A stretch of DNA of 41,414 bases from Candidatus Kuenenia stuttgartensis (GTDB lineage: Bacteria > Planctomycetota > Planctomycetia > Pirellulales > UBA1268): NCBI GenBank assembly GCA_945860405.1, contig CAMARC010000003.1:1-41414 (forward strand), in the 5' to 3' direction. The position numbers and the translations under genes are program-made. Below the pieces are notes generated by a model that saw only the letters and a list, made by a program, of their open reading frames with translations, made no database searches and had not been told where the DNA came from. Each line of letters starts with the position of its first letter. The first letter of the stretch is position 1. Shown here piece by piece: positions 28,067-36,475 of this stretch.

Positions 28067-30067
28067 ATGCCCGATTGGACCTATCGCCCGATCTTCCGTC
28101 CGCTACTTTTCCGACTTCCGACGAGGCTCGGCCGAGATCTTGCCCTCGCTGCCATCGGTGGTGTGGCGCGGATGCCCGGTGGACGCCATCTCATCGAGTT
28201 CATGGGGCACATGCGCCCGGCCAGACCGCTACGGTCGCGACTCGCCGACACGCTCCTCGACGGTCCTGTTGGCTTGGCGCCAGGGATTGATCCCGGGCTG
28301 ATCGGCCTCGCCGGCCTCAGTCGATTTGGATTCGGGTTTGTGGGGATCGGGCCGGTGACGCCAGATCCGGTGGCGGAGGTGGAGAGCGTTCGTGATGACC
28401 TGACCGAGTCAATCAGGCTCGTGCCCTCCGACACCAATCCCGGGTTGGCCGCCACGTTGGATCGGCTCAATCGGTTGCCGGAGCCCCGCCCTGCGATCAT
28501 CGTGTATCTCTCAGCAAGAGCTCTCGGAGAAGAGAGGCGGGCGGTGGTGCGGGGCGTGCGGGGCCATGCGACGGCGATCGCGCTGCCGCTTGTGACCGAC
28601 GACGGCGATGCGTGGCAACGGCAGGTCAGAGAGATCGTTGCCGAGGCGGATGGAATCCCGGTCTTGGTCGTCGTTGCGGCCGACCGTCCCACGGGCATGG
28701 TGTCCAGATGTGTGGAAGCGACGGAGGCCGGGGCGCGCGGGGCGATCGTCGGTCGTGCGGAGAGCGAAGAGGCCGCATGGATGGGGAACTCGTTGCTTGA
28801 ATCGGCCGAGGCGTGGACACGGATTCTCCGCCACTCTTTGGGGAGCACGGCTACCGTGATTGCGGCGGCGGGGATTCACGCGCCTGGCGACGCCGAAAGG
28901 CTCGTCGCGGCTGGAGCCGACCTCGTGGCGATCGACAGTGGTCTCGTCTTCTCCGGCCCCGGTCTCGCGAAGCGCTGCAACGAATGTCTCCTCGCCCGGC
29001 GGCTGGGGGGCGGCATGGCGGGGCAGGGTATTGAGGGCGACTCCGAGACGTTTCTCCGCGAGTCATGGCCGTGGACGTTGATGCTCGGGATCAGCCTTCT
29101 TGTCGGCGGAATCATGGCGCTTGTGATCGCCTGCACACGCGTGGTGATGCCCTACGACGAGGTCATGTCCGGGCTCACCCGGGCCCGGCTCGCCGGCATC
29201 GGCCCGAGGCTGCTCCCCTTTATGACACACGACCGGGTGACGCTCGCCGGGGCGATGCTCGGCGTTGGCATCCTCTTCTGCGGCTTGGCGTGGTGGGGGG
29301 TGCGCCGCGGGCACCACTGGGCTCTACGCGCCGTGATCGTGCCGGCGTCCGTAGGATTCCTCTCCTTCTTCTCATTTCTCGGATTCGGCTACTTCGATCC
29401 GCTCCATGCCTTTGTCAGCGCGATTCTCTTCCAATTCATGCTTCTGGCGATGGTGGGGCGAGCGAGCCCGCTGAGGATGGTCGGCAGCCCTGACAGGCGC
29501 AACGATCCGAAGTGGCTCCGCGCCCAATGGGGGCAGCTCGGATTCGTGGCCCACGGCGCGACGGTCCTCGTAGCCGGGACCGTGATCTCGGTGATCGGGA
29601 TGACGACCGTTTTCGTCCGGGAGGATCTGGCCTACCTCGAACTCTGCGCCGCGGATCTCAATGCCGTGCCTGGGCTCGTGCCGCTGATCGCGCACGACCG
29701 CGGAACGTTTGGAGGGATGCTGATGGTGGCGGGGCTGACGATGCTGCTGGCCTCGCTGTGGGGATTCCAGCGGGGCGCGGCCTGGCTGTGGTGGACGATG
29801 CTCGCCGCAGGATCGGTCGGCTACGCGACCGCTATCGCGGTTCATCATGCCGTAGGGTACGTCGACTTGCTGCACCTCGTCCCGGCCTGGAGCGGGCTGG
29901 CCGCGATCTGGCTCGCTGCACTGGCCAGTCACGGCTATCTCTGCGACCGCGGGCACGATGATGGGCTGGGACAAACGGGTGACCGACAATCGACCGAGCG
30001 GCCGGCTCGCCTCACCACTGGAGGCCAAACTTCGCTCCGTCTCCCTGGCGGCGGATGCCACCCTTGA
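28067..30067 (+). CDS. Dihydroorotate dehydrogenase-like (degenerate) domain fused to a multi-TM membrane domain
   Basis: MPDWTYRPIFRPLLF start, class-2 DHODH-like GPVGLAPGID, FGFGFVGIGPVT, GIH-GDA...AGADLV-SGLVFSGP, and about 8 hydrophobic segments in the C-terminal half. Not called pyrD because catalytic motifs are missing. Confidence 0.8.
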   Translation: MPDWTYRPIFRPLLFRLPTRLGRDLALAAIGGVARMPGGRHLIEFMGHMRPARPLRSRLADTLLDGPVGLAPGIDPGLIGLAGLSRFGFGFVGIGPVTPDPVAEVESVRDDLTESIRLVPSDTNPGLAATLDRLNRLPEPRPAIIVYLSARALGEERRAVVRGVRGHATAIALPLVTDDGDAWQRQVREIVAEADGIPVLVVVAADRPTGMVSRCVEATEAGARGAIVGRAESEEAAWMGNSLLESAEAWTRILRHSLGSTATVIAAAGIHAPGDAERLVAAGADLVAIDSGLVFSGPGLAKRCNECLLARRLGGGMAGQGIEGDSETFLRESWPWTLMLGISLLVGGIMALVIACTRVVMPYDEVMSGLTRARLAGIGPRLLPFMTHDRVTLAGAMLGVGILFCGLAWWGVRRGHHWALRAVIVPASVGFLSFFSFLGFGYFDPLHAFVSAILFQFMLLAMVGRASPLRMVGSPDRRNDPKWLRAQWGQLGFVAHGATVLVAGTVISVIGMTTVFVREDLAYLELCAADLNAVPGLVPLIAHDRGTFGGMLMVAGLTMLLASLWGFQRGAAWLWWTMLAAGSVGYATAIAVHHAVGYVDLLHLVPAWSGLAAIWLAALASHGYLCDRGHDDGLGQTGDRQSTERPARLTTGGQTSLRLPGGGCHP

Positions 30068-31880
30068 GCGGAACGTTCGATTTCTTCACCGGCAGCGCGG
30101 CCTCCTCGGCCTCCGGTTCCTCTGGCTCGGCAGCCGGGCCACCCTTTCCGGCCGGCGGTGCCGGCGGCGTGGCGAGGGCCTTGATCGAGAGGGAGATCCG
30201 CTGTTCGCCGGGATCGCAGGAGAGCACCTTGCACTCCACCGCTTCCCCTTCGCGGACGACGCTCGACACGCTCTGGACATGCCGGTGGGCGAGTTCCGAA
30301 ACGTGGACGAGGCCTTCGACCCCAGGCTCGAGCCGTACAAAGGCTCCGAACTGGGCGATGCGGCTGACGGTGCCCCGCACCGCGGCACCGATGTGGTATT
30401 TCTCGGCGGCGTTCTTCCAGGGACTCTCCACCGTGTCGCGAATCGAGAGACCGATCTTGCCGGTCTGCCGGTCGACATTCTTCACCGCGACGCGCACCTT
30501 CTGGCCGACTTCGAGAACGTCGGTCGGGGTCTTGACACGATCCCATGACATCTGGCTGACATGGACGAGGCCGTCAACGCCGTTGCCGACGTCGACGAAG
30601 GCGCCGAAGTCCCGCACCGAACGGACGATACCGTCGAGGAGATCACCGATCTCGAGCGTTTCGAGCATCTTGGTGCGGGCATCGGCTGCCTGGCGCTCGA
30701 GCACCGCACGGCGCGAGAGCACGAGCCGCCGTGCGGCCGGCACGATCTCGGTCACGAGGGCCTCGACGGTCTGCCCGACGAGCTCCTCGAGGTTTTCCAT
30801 GCGCCAGTTGCTGACGAGGCTCGCCGGCATGAAGCCACGGAGCCCGGCGACGTCGCACTCGACGCCCCCCTTGTTCGCGGCGGTGACTTTCGCGGCGACG
30901 ATCATTCCCGCTTCGAGTTGCGACCAGTCTTCGACGTCGATCGCCCGGTTGGCAGGCGCCACGTTGTAGAGGCCATCCTCCTCGTTGAAGCCGCCAACCG
31001 AAAGTTCGAGTACCTGACCGATCTCAGGATTGCCACCATCGAGGCCGATGAGCTTGAGGGCCCCCTGCCGCCTGCCGCCAAGATCGACGAAGGCCGTGTC
31101 TGGGCTGACCGACACCACGGTGCCGGAGACACGGGAGCCGGGATCGAGCGTGGCAGCTGCCTTGGCCGATGCAGCCGTGGCAAGAATCGTGTCGATCTCG
31201 ATCCCTTCCAGGGCAGCCTGGAAATCCTCCTCGAGATCATCCTCGAGTCCGGCACGGAGATTTGGAACGGCGACGCGTTTCGATGGCGGAAGGACATCGG
31301 TGAATGCGGAACTGGGGGCACGATCACCGCGCCGCTCACGCCGCGGACGATCACCCCCCTGGTCGCCGCCGCGCCGCGGTCCACCGCGCGAATCACGAGG
31401 GGCATCGCCACCGGCCGCCGCGGCCCGAGCCTCGATCTCCGCCGCACTCACCACCGGTGCAAGGGGAGCCGAGGGAGCAAGGGGAGCCGAGGGAGCAAGG
31501 GGAGCCGAGGGAGCCAGGGGAGCCGAGGGAGCCAATGATGCCATGGGAGCCGCAGCGGCGTCCTGGCCTGCAGCGGCATGCGAAACAGGTCCAGCCGCTG
31601 CCGGCGCTTGGGGCGTTGCCTGCCGGACGGGCGGCAGCGGAGCGTCGCCGAGCACCGAAGAGGTGGCCGACGCAACAAACTGGTGACGGGGCGGAAGCTT
31701 CGGGGGCCGGACCCCAGGCCGTTGCGTGCCGATCGGAATCCGCCGCTTTTCGCCCCCTCCATCCGCATCACCGCTGGCTGCAGCCTCGGCAGCAGACCCT
31801 TGGTCCGGGGTCTGAGCCGGAGCCGGGCCCAACTGGTCGGGGGAGGGCGTTTCCGGGGTCGGGGAAGGATCGGCGGTCAT
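30012..31880 (-). CDS. S1 RNA-binding domain protein (ribosomal S1-like, four S1 domains, long disordered N-terminus)
   Basis: FVDLGG, LRGFMPAS, DFGAFVDVG-VDGLVHVSQMSW and QFGAFVRLEPGVEGLVHVSEL. Start at 31880 or 31889. Confidence 0.88.
   Translation of the reverse strand: MTADPSPTPETPSPDQLGPAPAQTPDQGSAAEAAASGDADGGGEKRRIPIGTQRPGVRPPKLPPRHQFVASATSSVLGDAPLPPVRQATPQAPAAAGPVSHAAAGQDAAAAPMASLAPSAPLAPSAPLAPSAPLAPSAPLAPVVSAAEIEARAAAAGGDAPRDSRGGPRRGGDQGGDRPRRERRGDRAPSSAFTDVLPPSKRVAVPNLRAGLEDDLEEDFQAALEGIEIDTILATAASAKAAATLDPGSRVSGTVVSVSPDTAFVDLGGRRQGALKLIGLDGGNPEIGQVLELSVGGFNEEDGLYNVAPANRAIDVEDWSQLEAGMIVAAKVTAANKGGVECDVAGLRGFMPASLVSNWRMENLEELVGQTVEALVTEIVPAARRLVLSRRAVLERQAADARTKMLETLEIGDLLDGIVRSVRDFGAFVDVGNGVDGLVHVSQMSWDRVKTPTDVLEVGQKVRVAVKNVDRQTGKIGLSIRDTVESPWKNAAEKYHIGAAVRGTVSRIAQFGAFVRLEPGVEGLVHVSELAHRHVQSVSSVVREGEAVECKVLSCDPGEQRISLSIKALATPPAPPAGKGGPAAEPEEPEAEEAALPVKKSNVPLKGGIRRQGDGAKFGLQW
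31459..31530 (-). repeat. 18-bp minisatellite x4 encoding (APSAPL)n in the S1 protein N-terminus
   Basis: GCAAGGGGAGCCGAGGGA x3 plus GCCAGGGGAGCCGAGGGA on the + strand. Confidence 0.92.
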
Positions 31881-31984
31881 CGGCGGCACTCGTCGGAAGG
31901 AAAGAGGCCGACGAACGGCGCCGGCCCCGAAAAGAAACGCCCGCAGAGGCAGCGGGCACGAGACGGAGTCAGGGGGGCCTTCAA

Positions 31985-32068
31985 TGCGGGAAACAGGACT
32001 TGAACCTGCACGGTATTACTACCACCAGGCCCTCAACCTGGCGCGTCTGCCAATTCCGCCATTCCCGC
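31985..32068 (-). tRNA. tRNA-Leu(GAG), CCA not encoded
   Basis: Minus strand GCGGGAATGGCGGAATTGGCAGACGCG-CCAGG-TTGAGGG-CCTGG-long variable arm-GCAGG-TTCAAGT-CCTGT-TTCCCGC-A. Confidence 0.96.
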
Positions 32069-32139
32069 AGCGGTACGAACAATCGAATCGATGGTTCCGC
32101 AGCAACAACACCTGCGAACCCCACCTAACTCCCCCGGCC

Positions 32140-32167
32140 ATTCTGCGACCGTTTCTCCGCCAGTCAA
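32140..32167 (-). promoter_or_regulatory. Candidate sigma70 promoter for tRNA-Leu
   Basis: TTGACT-N16-CAGAAT followed by a GC-rich discriminator, about 70 bp upstream of the tRNA. Confidence 0.5.
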
Positions 32168-32216
32168 GAACCCCTCGACATTTGGCCTGACTGGCGACCT
32201 TCCGACGGGTCTGGCC

Positions 32217-32861
32217 TCACGCAGTTTCTGCCGACCGGAACGGACGGGCCAAGGCCGGCACTGCCAGCAAAGCCGCCGAAAGGGCCAGCGACCAAGCGAT
32301 GTCCCCCACCGGGGTCCAGCGGTAGAAGGGGAGCGCGGCAAGATAGCACTCGATCAGACCCGCGGGGGTGTGGGCGTAGTCGGTGGTCAGCCACCAATGG
32401 GCAAGATTCGTGGTGAGATAGAACACCAGAGATCCGGCCAGAGCCCCGCCAAGGGCACCGAGCCCCCGGTGGCGGCGTACCAAGCCCCCCATGAAGATAG
32501 GCCAGGTGAAAGCGGCGTAAATGATCGCTGCCATCGTCCAACTGCCGTAGCTTCCGCCACCAGGCAGGGCGAAGTTGCTCGCCGCGAGGGCCACGGCGGG
32601 AACGGAAGCCGCGGCAAACCGATTCGCAAACAGTGCCCCAGCGCACAGGCCGATCCCGATCAGGGGAGAAACGCCGTACACGGGTTGCCAGAGGCGGCCG
32701 AGAATGCCGATCCCGACAAGCACGACCCAGGCAAGACAGAGAAATCCGACCGGGAGATCGCGGGGATCAAGCCTCTGGGGATGACGACTGATCGGACTCC
32801 CGCCCGGCCCCGATCGGGCCGCCTGGGAAACGCTTTCTGGCGAATGGCCCGGACTGTTCAT
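32217..32861 (-). CDS. DUF6580-like putative transport protein (solitary ECF S-component-like)
   Basis: About 5-6 TM segments. GSLVFYLTTNLAHW...YAHTPAGLIECYLAALPFYR matches my recollection of this family. Start uncertain. Confidence 0.7.
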   Translation of the reverse strand: MNSPGHSPESVSQAARSGPGGSPISRHPQRLDPRDLPVGFLCLAWVVLVGIGILGRLWQPVYGVSPLIGIGLCAGALFANRFAAASVPAVALAASNFALPGGGSYGSWTMAAIIYAAFTWPIFMGGLVRRHRGLGALGGALAGSLVFYLTTNLAHWWLTTDYAHTPAGLIECYLAALPFYRWTPVGDIAWSLALSAALLAVPALARPFRSAETA

Positions 32862-33008
32862 GCTCAACGACCCCGGAGGATTTCTCACCGAATCCGATCA
32901 CGCCCCGATAGACTATCACGAATCGATACACTAGCGGTTTTCGGCCGGTGGGCAAGCCGAAGGGATGGCCGCCCCCTCCGAATCGGCCCCCCTTTCTCCG
33001 CTGACGCC

Positions 33009-35246
33009 ATGGTCGCCAGTCCCCTTCAACCGCGATCTTCTGCGGGAACGCTTCCTTCCGGGGCCACCGGCACCGGGTGTGGTTCGATCGTGGCGGCACG
33101 TGACTCCAGCGGCGTGGTCACGCTCGAAATCGTCGCCGGGAGCAGGAGCCAGAACGTCATCGATGGCCAGTTCCTCAGGGATCTGCGCCAGTCGCTCGAC
33201 GCGCTCGAAGCCGGCCCGCCCCCCCGGGCCGTCGTGCTCTGTTCCGGGCGGCCCGGGTCGTTTTTCGCAGGGGCTGACATCGATCGGCTGGAGGCGATCC
33301 TCGGAACTGAGTCAGCCGTGATCGAACAGGCCTGTGCCGATGGGCGGCAACTCTACGGCCGCCTCTCCTCCAATCCCTGGCCGACCGTGGCCGTCATCGA
33401 CGGCGTCTGTCTGGGGGGAGGGCTGGAGATTGCCCTCGCCTGTGATTACCGGGTGGCGACCTCCGCGGAGACAACGGTGCTGGGATTCCCGGAGGTGAAG
33501 CTCGGCCTGCTGCCCGGGTGGGGAGGGACGGTGCGGCTCCCGCGGCTGATCGGTCCGGGGCCGGCCGTGGAAATGATCGCCGCCGGCGAGACGATGAGCG
33601 GGGCCGCCGCCGCGCGCTTGGGGCTGGTCGATGCGTGTGTCCCGGCTGAACAGGCCCTCGCTGCGGCGCGACTTCTCGTCGATTCGGCCACCGGAACTGA
33701 CGCCCACCTCGAGCAGCGCCGTCGCCGCTTGCTGCCGGTCGGGTTGGCTCCCGAGGAACGGGAGTTTCTCGAGGCAACGACCGGCGCGGTGATCCAGGGG
33801 CGGACCGCAGGGCATTACCCGGCGCCGCCGGCGATTCTCGAGGCAGTCCTCGCCACGTCGATGGTGCCGGCGATCGAGGCGGGCGCCATCGAAGGGAAGG
33901 CATTCGCCGCGCTCGCCCGCTCTTCTGTGGCCCGGCAATTGGTGCGGGTGTTTCGGCTCGGTGAACAAAACCGGCGCGACCGGGGCGTCGAAGCGGATCA
34001 CGGCACTCCTGACGCCCCGCCCCGCGATGCCCAAGAAGCAGCATTCGAGCGCCCGGCGGTCGTCGGCGCGGGGATCATGGGGGCGGGGATCGCCGCGGCC
34101 CACCTCCGGGCCGGATGTGCCGTGACGCTTGCCGACGTGCAGGCCGAAGCGCTGGCCCGCAGTGTGCCGGAGATCCTCCAGGAGGCGGCCTGGGATCGGA
34201 GCCGCCGTGCCACCGATCAGGCCCGGGCCGTCCGGCTTGCAGGGCAGTTGCGCACCGTCACGCACACGACGGCGCTCGCCGATGCTGATCTCGTCATCGA
34301 GAGCGTTCTCGAGCGGACAGACATCAAGCGCCAGGTGCTTGCGGAGATCGAGGCGGTCGTCGGGCCGGATGCCGTGATCGCCACCAACACCTCCACCAAC
34401 CCGATCGCGAAGCTCGCCGAGGCGCTTCGCGATCCGTCGCGATTCTGTGGTCTCCACTTCTTCAATCCTGTCCGGCGGATGATGCTCGTCGAGGTGGTGC
34501 GCGGACCGGCCACTTCCGACGCCACCGTCGCTCGGGCGGTCGCCCACGCCAAACGGCTGGGGAAGTGTCCGATCGTCGTCCGTGACAGTCCGGGGTTTCT
34601 CGTCAACAGGATGCTCATGCCCTATCTCCACGAATCGGTGGAGATGCTTCGAGCCGGAGTCGATCCGCGGAAAATCGATCGGGCCGCCAGGGCCTTCGGC
34701 ATGCCGATGGGCCCTCTCGAGCTCTACGACATGATCGGCCTCGACACGGCGTTCTATGCCGGCCTCGTTCTCAACGATGCCTACGGCGATCGGATCGAGC
34801 CCTCGCCGGTGATCCCGGCGATGGTCAAGTCCGGGCGGCTGGGGCGGAAGAGCGGGGGAGGATTTTATCGCTATGGCGGCACCGGCCCCCGGGCCAGGAT
34901 CGAGCGGCCCGACGACGGCGTGGCGGCGGTGGTCGCCCCCTATGCGCTCCCCCCTTGTGCCAGCGACGAGCGGACGATCATCGACCGGCTCATCCTCCCG
35001 ATGGTGCTCGAGGCGACGAGGGTGCTCGACGAAGGGATCGTCCGCGACGGCTGCGACGTCGATCTGGCGGTCATCCACGCCCTCGGATTCCCGCCGTTCC
35101 GTGGCGGGCTTCTGGCCTGGGCCGATTCCCTCGGAGCGGCGGAGATCGTCCGCCGACTCGGAGCCCTCGCCGAACTCGGCATCCGCATGCAACCGACGCC
35201 CCGCCTCGAATCCCTCGCCCGCGACGGGGGCCGGTTTACCGGCTGA
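33009..35246 (+). CDS. fadB: Fatty acid oxidation complex alpha subunit (enoyl-CoA hydratase / 3-hydroxyacyl-CoA dehydrogenase)
   Basis: FFAGADI, CLGGGLE, PEVKLGLLPGWGG, VVGAGIMGAGIA, ATNTST, GLHFFNPV and PGFLVNR. Internal ATG 33009 of the 32091 ORF. Confidence 0.92.
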   Translation: MVASPLQPRSSAGTLPSGATGTGCGSIVAARDSSGVVTLEIVAGSRSQNVIDGQFLRDLRQSLDALEAGPPPRAVVLCSGRPGSFFAGADIDRLEAILGTESAVIEQACADGRQLYGRLSSNPWPTVAVIDGVCLGGGLEIALACDYRVATSAETTVLGFPEVKLGLLPGWGGTVRLPRLIGPGPAVEMIAAGETMSGAAAARLGLVDACVPAEQALAAARLLVDSATGTDAHLEQRRRRLLPVGLAPEEREFLEATTGAVIQGRTAGHYPAPPAILEAVLATSMVPAIEAGAIEGKAFAALARSSVARQLVRVFRLGEQNRRDRGVEADHGTPDAPPRDAQEAAFERPAVVGAGIMGAGIAAAHLRAGCAVTLADVQAEALARSVPEILQEAAWDRSRRATDQARAVRLAGQLRTVTHTTALADADLVIESVLERTDIKRQVLAEIEAVVGPDAVIATNTSTNPIAKLAEALRDPSRFCGLHFFNPVRRMMLVEVVRGPATSDATVARAVAHAKRLGKCPIVVRDSPGFLVNRMLMPYLHESVEMLRAGVDPRKIDRAARAFGMPMGPLELYDMIGLDTAFYAGLVLNDAYGDRIEPSPVIPAMVKSGRLGRKSGGGFYRYGGTGPRARIERPDDGVAAVVAPYALPPCASDERTIIDRLILPMVLEATRVLDEGIVRDGCDVDLAVIHALGFPPFRGGLLAWADSLGAAEIVRRLGALAELGIRMQPTPRLESLARDGGRFTG

Positions 35247-35281
35247 CCGCTCCAATTCCTCCCCGCCACGCCGATTCATCC

Positions 35282-36475
35282 ATGCCCGCCACGCTTCTTC
35301 CCCGCCCGCCCGAACTCACCCCCGTGATCGTTGCCTGCTGCCGCACGGCGATCGGGCGGTCGCACGCCGAACGTGGCCTCTTCCGGCAGGTGCGTGGCGA
35401 CGAGTTGGCCACGGCCGCCGTCGTGGCGGCTGTCAAGCGGAGCGGTGTCGATCCGGCGACGATCGAGGATCTCCTTCTCGGGGCGACGCAGCAGCGTGGC
35501 GAACTCGGCGGCAACGTTGCCAAAGCGGTGGCACTGATGGCCGGCCTGCCGCTCTCCACCGCCGGGGTGACGATCAATCGGCTGTGCGGATCGGGCCTCG
35601 AGGCGATCCTCCAGGCAAGCCGCGCGATCATTGCCGGGGCCGAGAATGTTCAGGTCGTGGCCGGCGTCGAGCACATGCACCACCAGCCGATGGACGAGGG
35701 GGTCGACTTCCATCCCCGGGTCGTCGCCCGTTCCAGCCGGGGCATGCTCTCGATGGGGCTGACCGCCGAGCATCTGGCGGCGTCGCGCGGCCTCGACCGG
35801 CGACGGCAAGAGGATTGGGCTCTCGAGAGCCACGCCCGGGCCGTGCGTGCGATCGACGCCGGGGCCTTCGCCGCCGAGGTCGTGCCGGTCTTCGGGCACG
35901 ACGAGGCCGGAGCGCTGGTCGAGGCGACGATCGATCAGTCGGTGCGGCGCGACACGAGCCGCGAGGCGATGGCCTGCCTCGAGCCGGCGTTCCTCCCCAA
36001 GCTTGGCACGGTGACAGCCGCGACGAGCGCCCCGCTCAGCGACGGGGCCGCGGCGCTGGTGATCATGTCGTTGGCCGAAGCCCGGCGGCAGGGTCTCGTG
36101 CCGCTGGCGCGGGTTGTCGCCGGTGCCGTGGTCGGGGTGCCACCGGCCGTGATGGGGACTGGCCCGGTGGCAGCCACTGCCAAGCTTTTCCGCCGGTTGT
36201 CGATCGACCTCGGCGCGATCGACCTCATCGAGCTCAACGAGGCCTTTGCCGCCCAAACGTTGTGGTGTGTCGACGAGCTCGGGCTCGATGCGGCACGGGT
36301 CAATGTCCGCGGCGGGGCGCTCGCCATTGGCCATCCGCTCGGTGCCAGTGGTGTCCGCATCGTCACCACGCTCGTTCACGCCATGCGCGACCGCGGCGAC
36401 CGGCTCGGCCTGGCGACGATGTGCATCGGACTCGGCCAGGGGATCGCGCTGGTCGTGGAGAGGATCGCGACGTGA
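35282..36475 (+). CDS. fadA: 3-ketoacyl-CoA thiolase
   Basis: RTAIGR, TINRLCGSG (catalytic Cys), DGAAA, NEAFAAQ, GHPLGASG and MCIGLGQG. Confidence 0.93.
   Translation: MPATLLPRPPELTPVIVACCRTAIGRSHAERGLFRQVRGDELATAAVVAAVKRSGVDPATIEDLLLGATQQRGELGGNVAKAVALMAGLPLSTAGVTINRLCGSGLEAILQASRAIIAGAENVQVVAGVEHMHHQPMDEGVDFHPRVVARSSRGMLSMGLTAEHLAASRGLDRRRQEDWALESHARAVRAIDAGAFAAEVVPVFGHDEAGALVEATIDQSVRRDTSREAMACLEPAFLPKLGTVTAATSAPLSDGAAALVIMSLAEARRQGLVPLARVVAGAVVGVPPAVMGTGPVAATAKLFRRLSIDLGAIDLIELNEAFAAQTLWCVDELGLDAARVNVRGGALAIGHPLGASGVRIVTTLVHAMRDRGDRLGLATMCIGLGQGIALVVERIAT

Noticed and set aside
28067-30067. Calling this gene pyrD
   Set aside because: The catalytic Ser loop, orotate-binding Asn motif and FMN Lys are not recognisable, and a large TM domain is fused.
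31885-31915. SRP-RNA-like CGGAAGGAA segment
   Set aside because: It lacks the CAGG...GCAG symmetric loop and the long flanking stem.
31985-32068. tRNA-Leu as integration site of a genomic island
   Set aside because: No integrase, and no convincing duplicated tRNA 3' end. The GTTCAAGTC at about 12420 is only a short chance match, and the flanking genes are ordinary chromosomal genes.
32175-32216. Cobalamin-riboswitch-like GGAAGG...AGTCAG fragment on the minus strand
   Set aside because: It is downstream of the transporter gene rather than upstream, and the 5' core elements are absent.
32091-33008. N-terminal extension of the 1051-aa fadB ORF
   Set aside because: It overlaps the DUF6580-like gene on the opposite strand and has no protein-like motifs. 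The start was moved to 33009.
34873-36471. 1709-aa ORF as a single giant protein
   Set aside because: The first ~533 codons are an off-frame shadow over fadB and fadA. The real start is the GTG at 36472.
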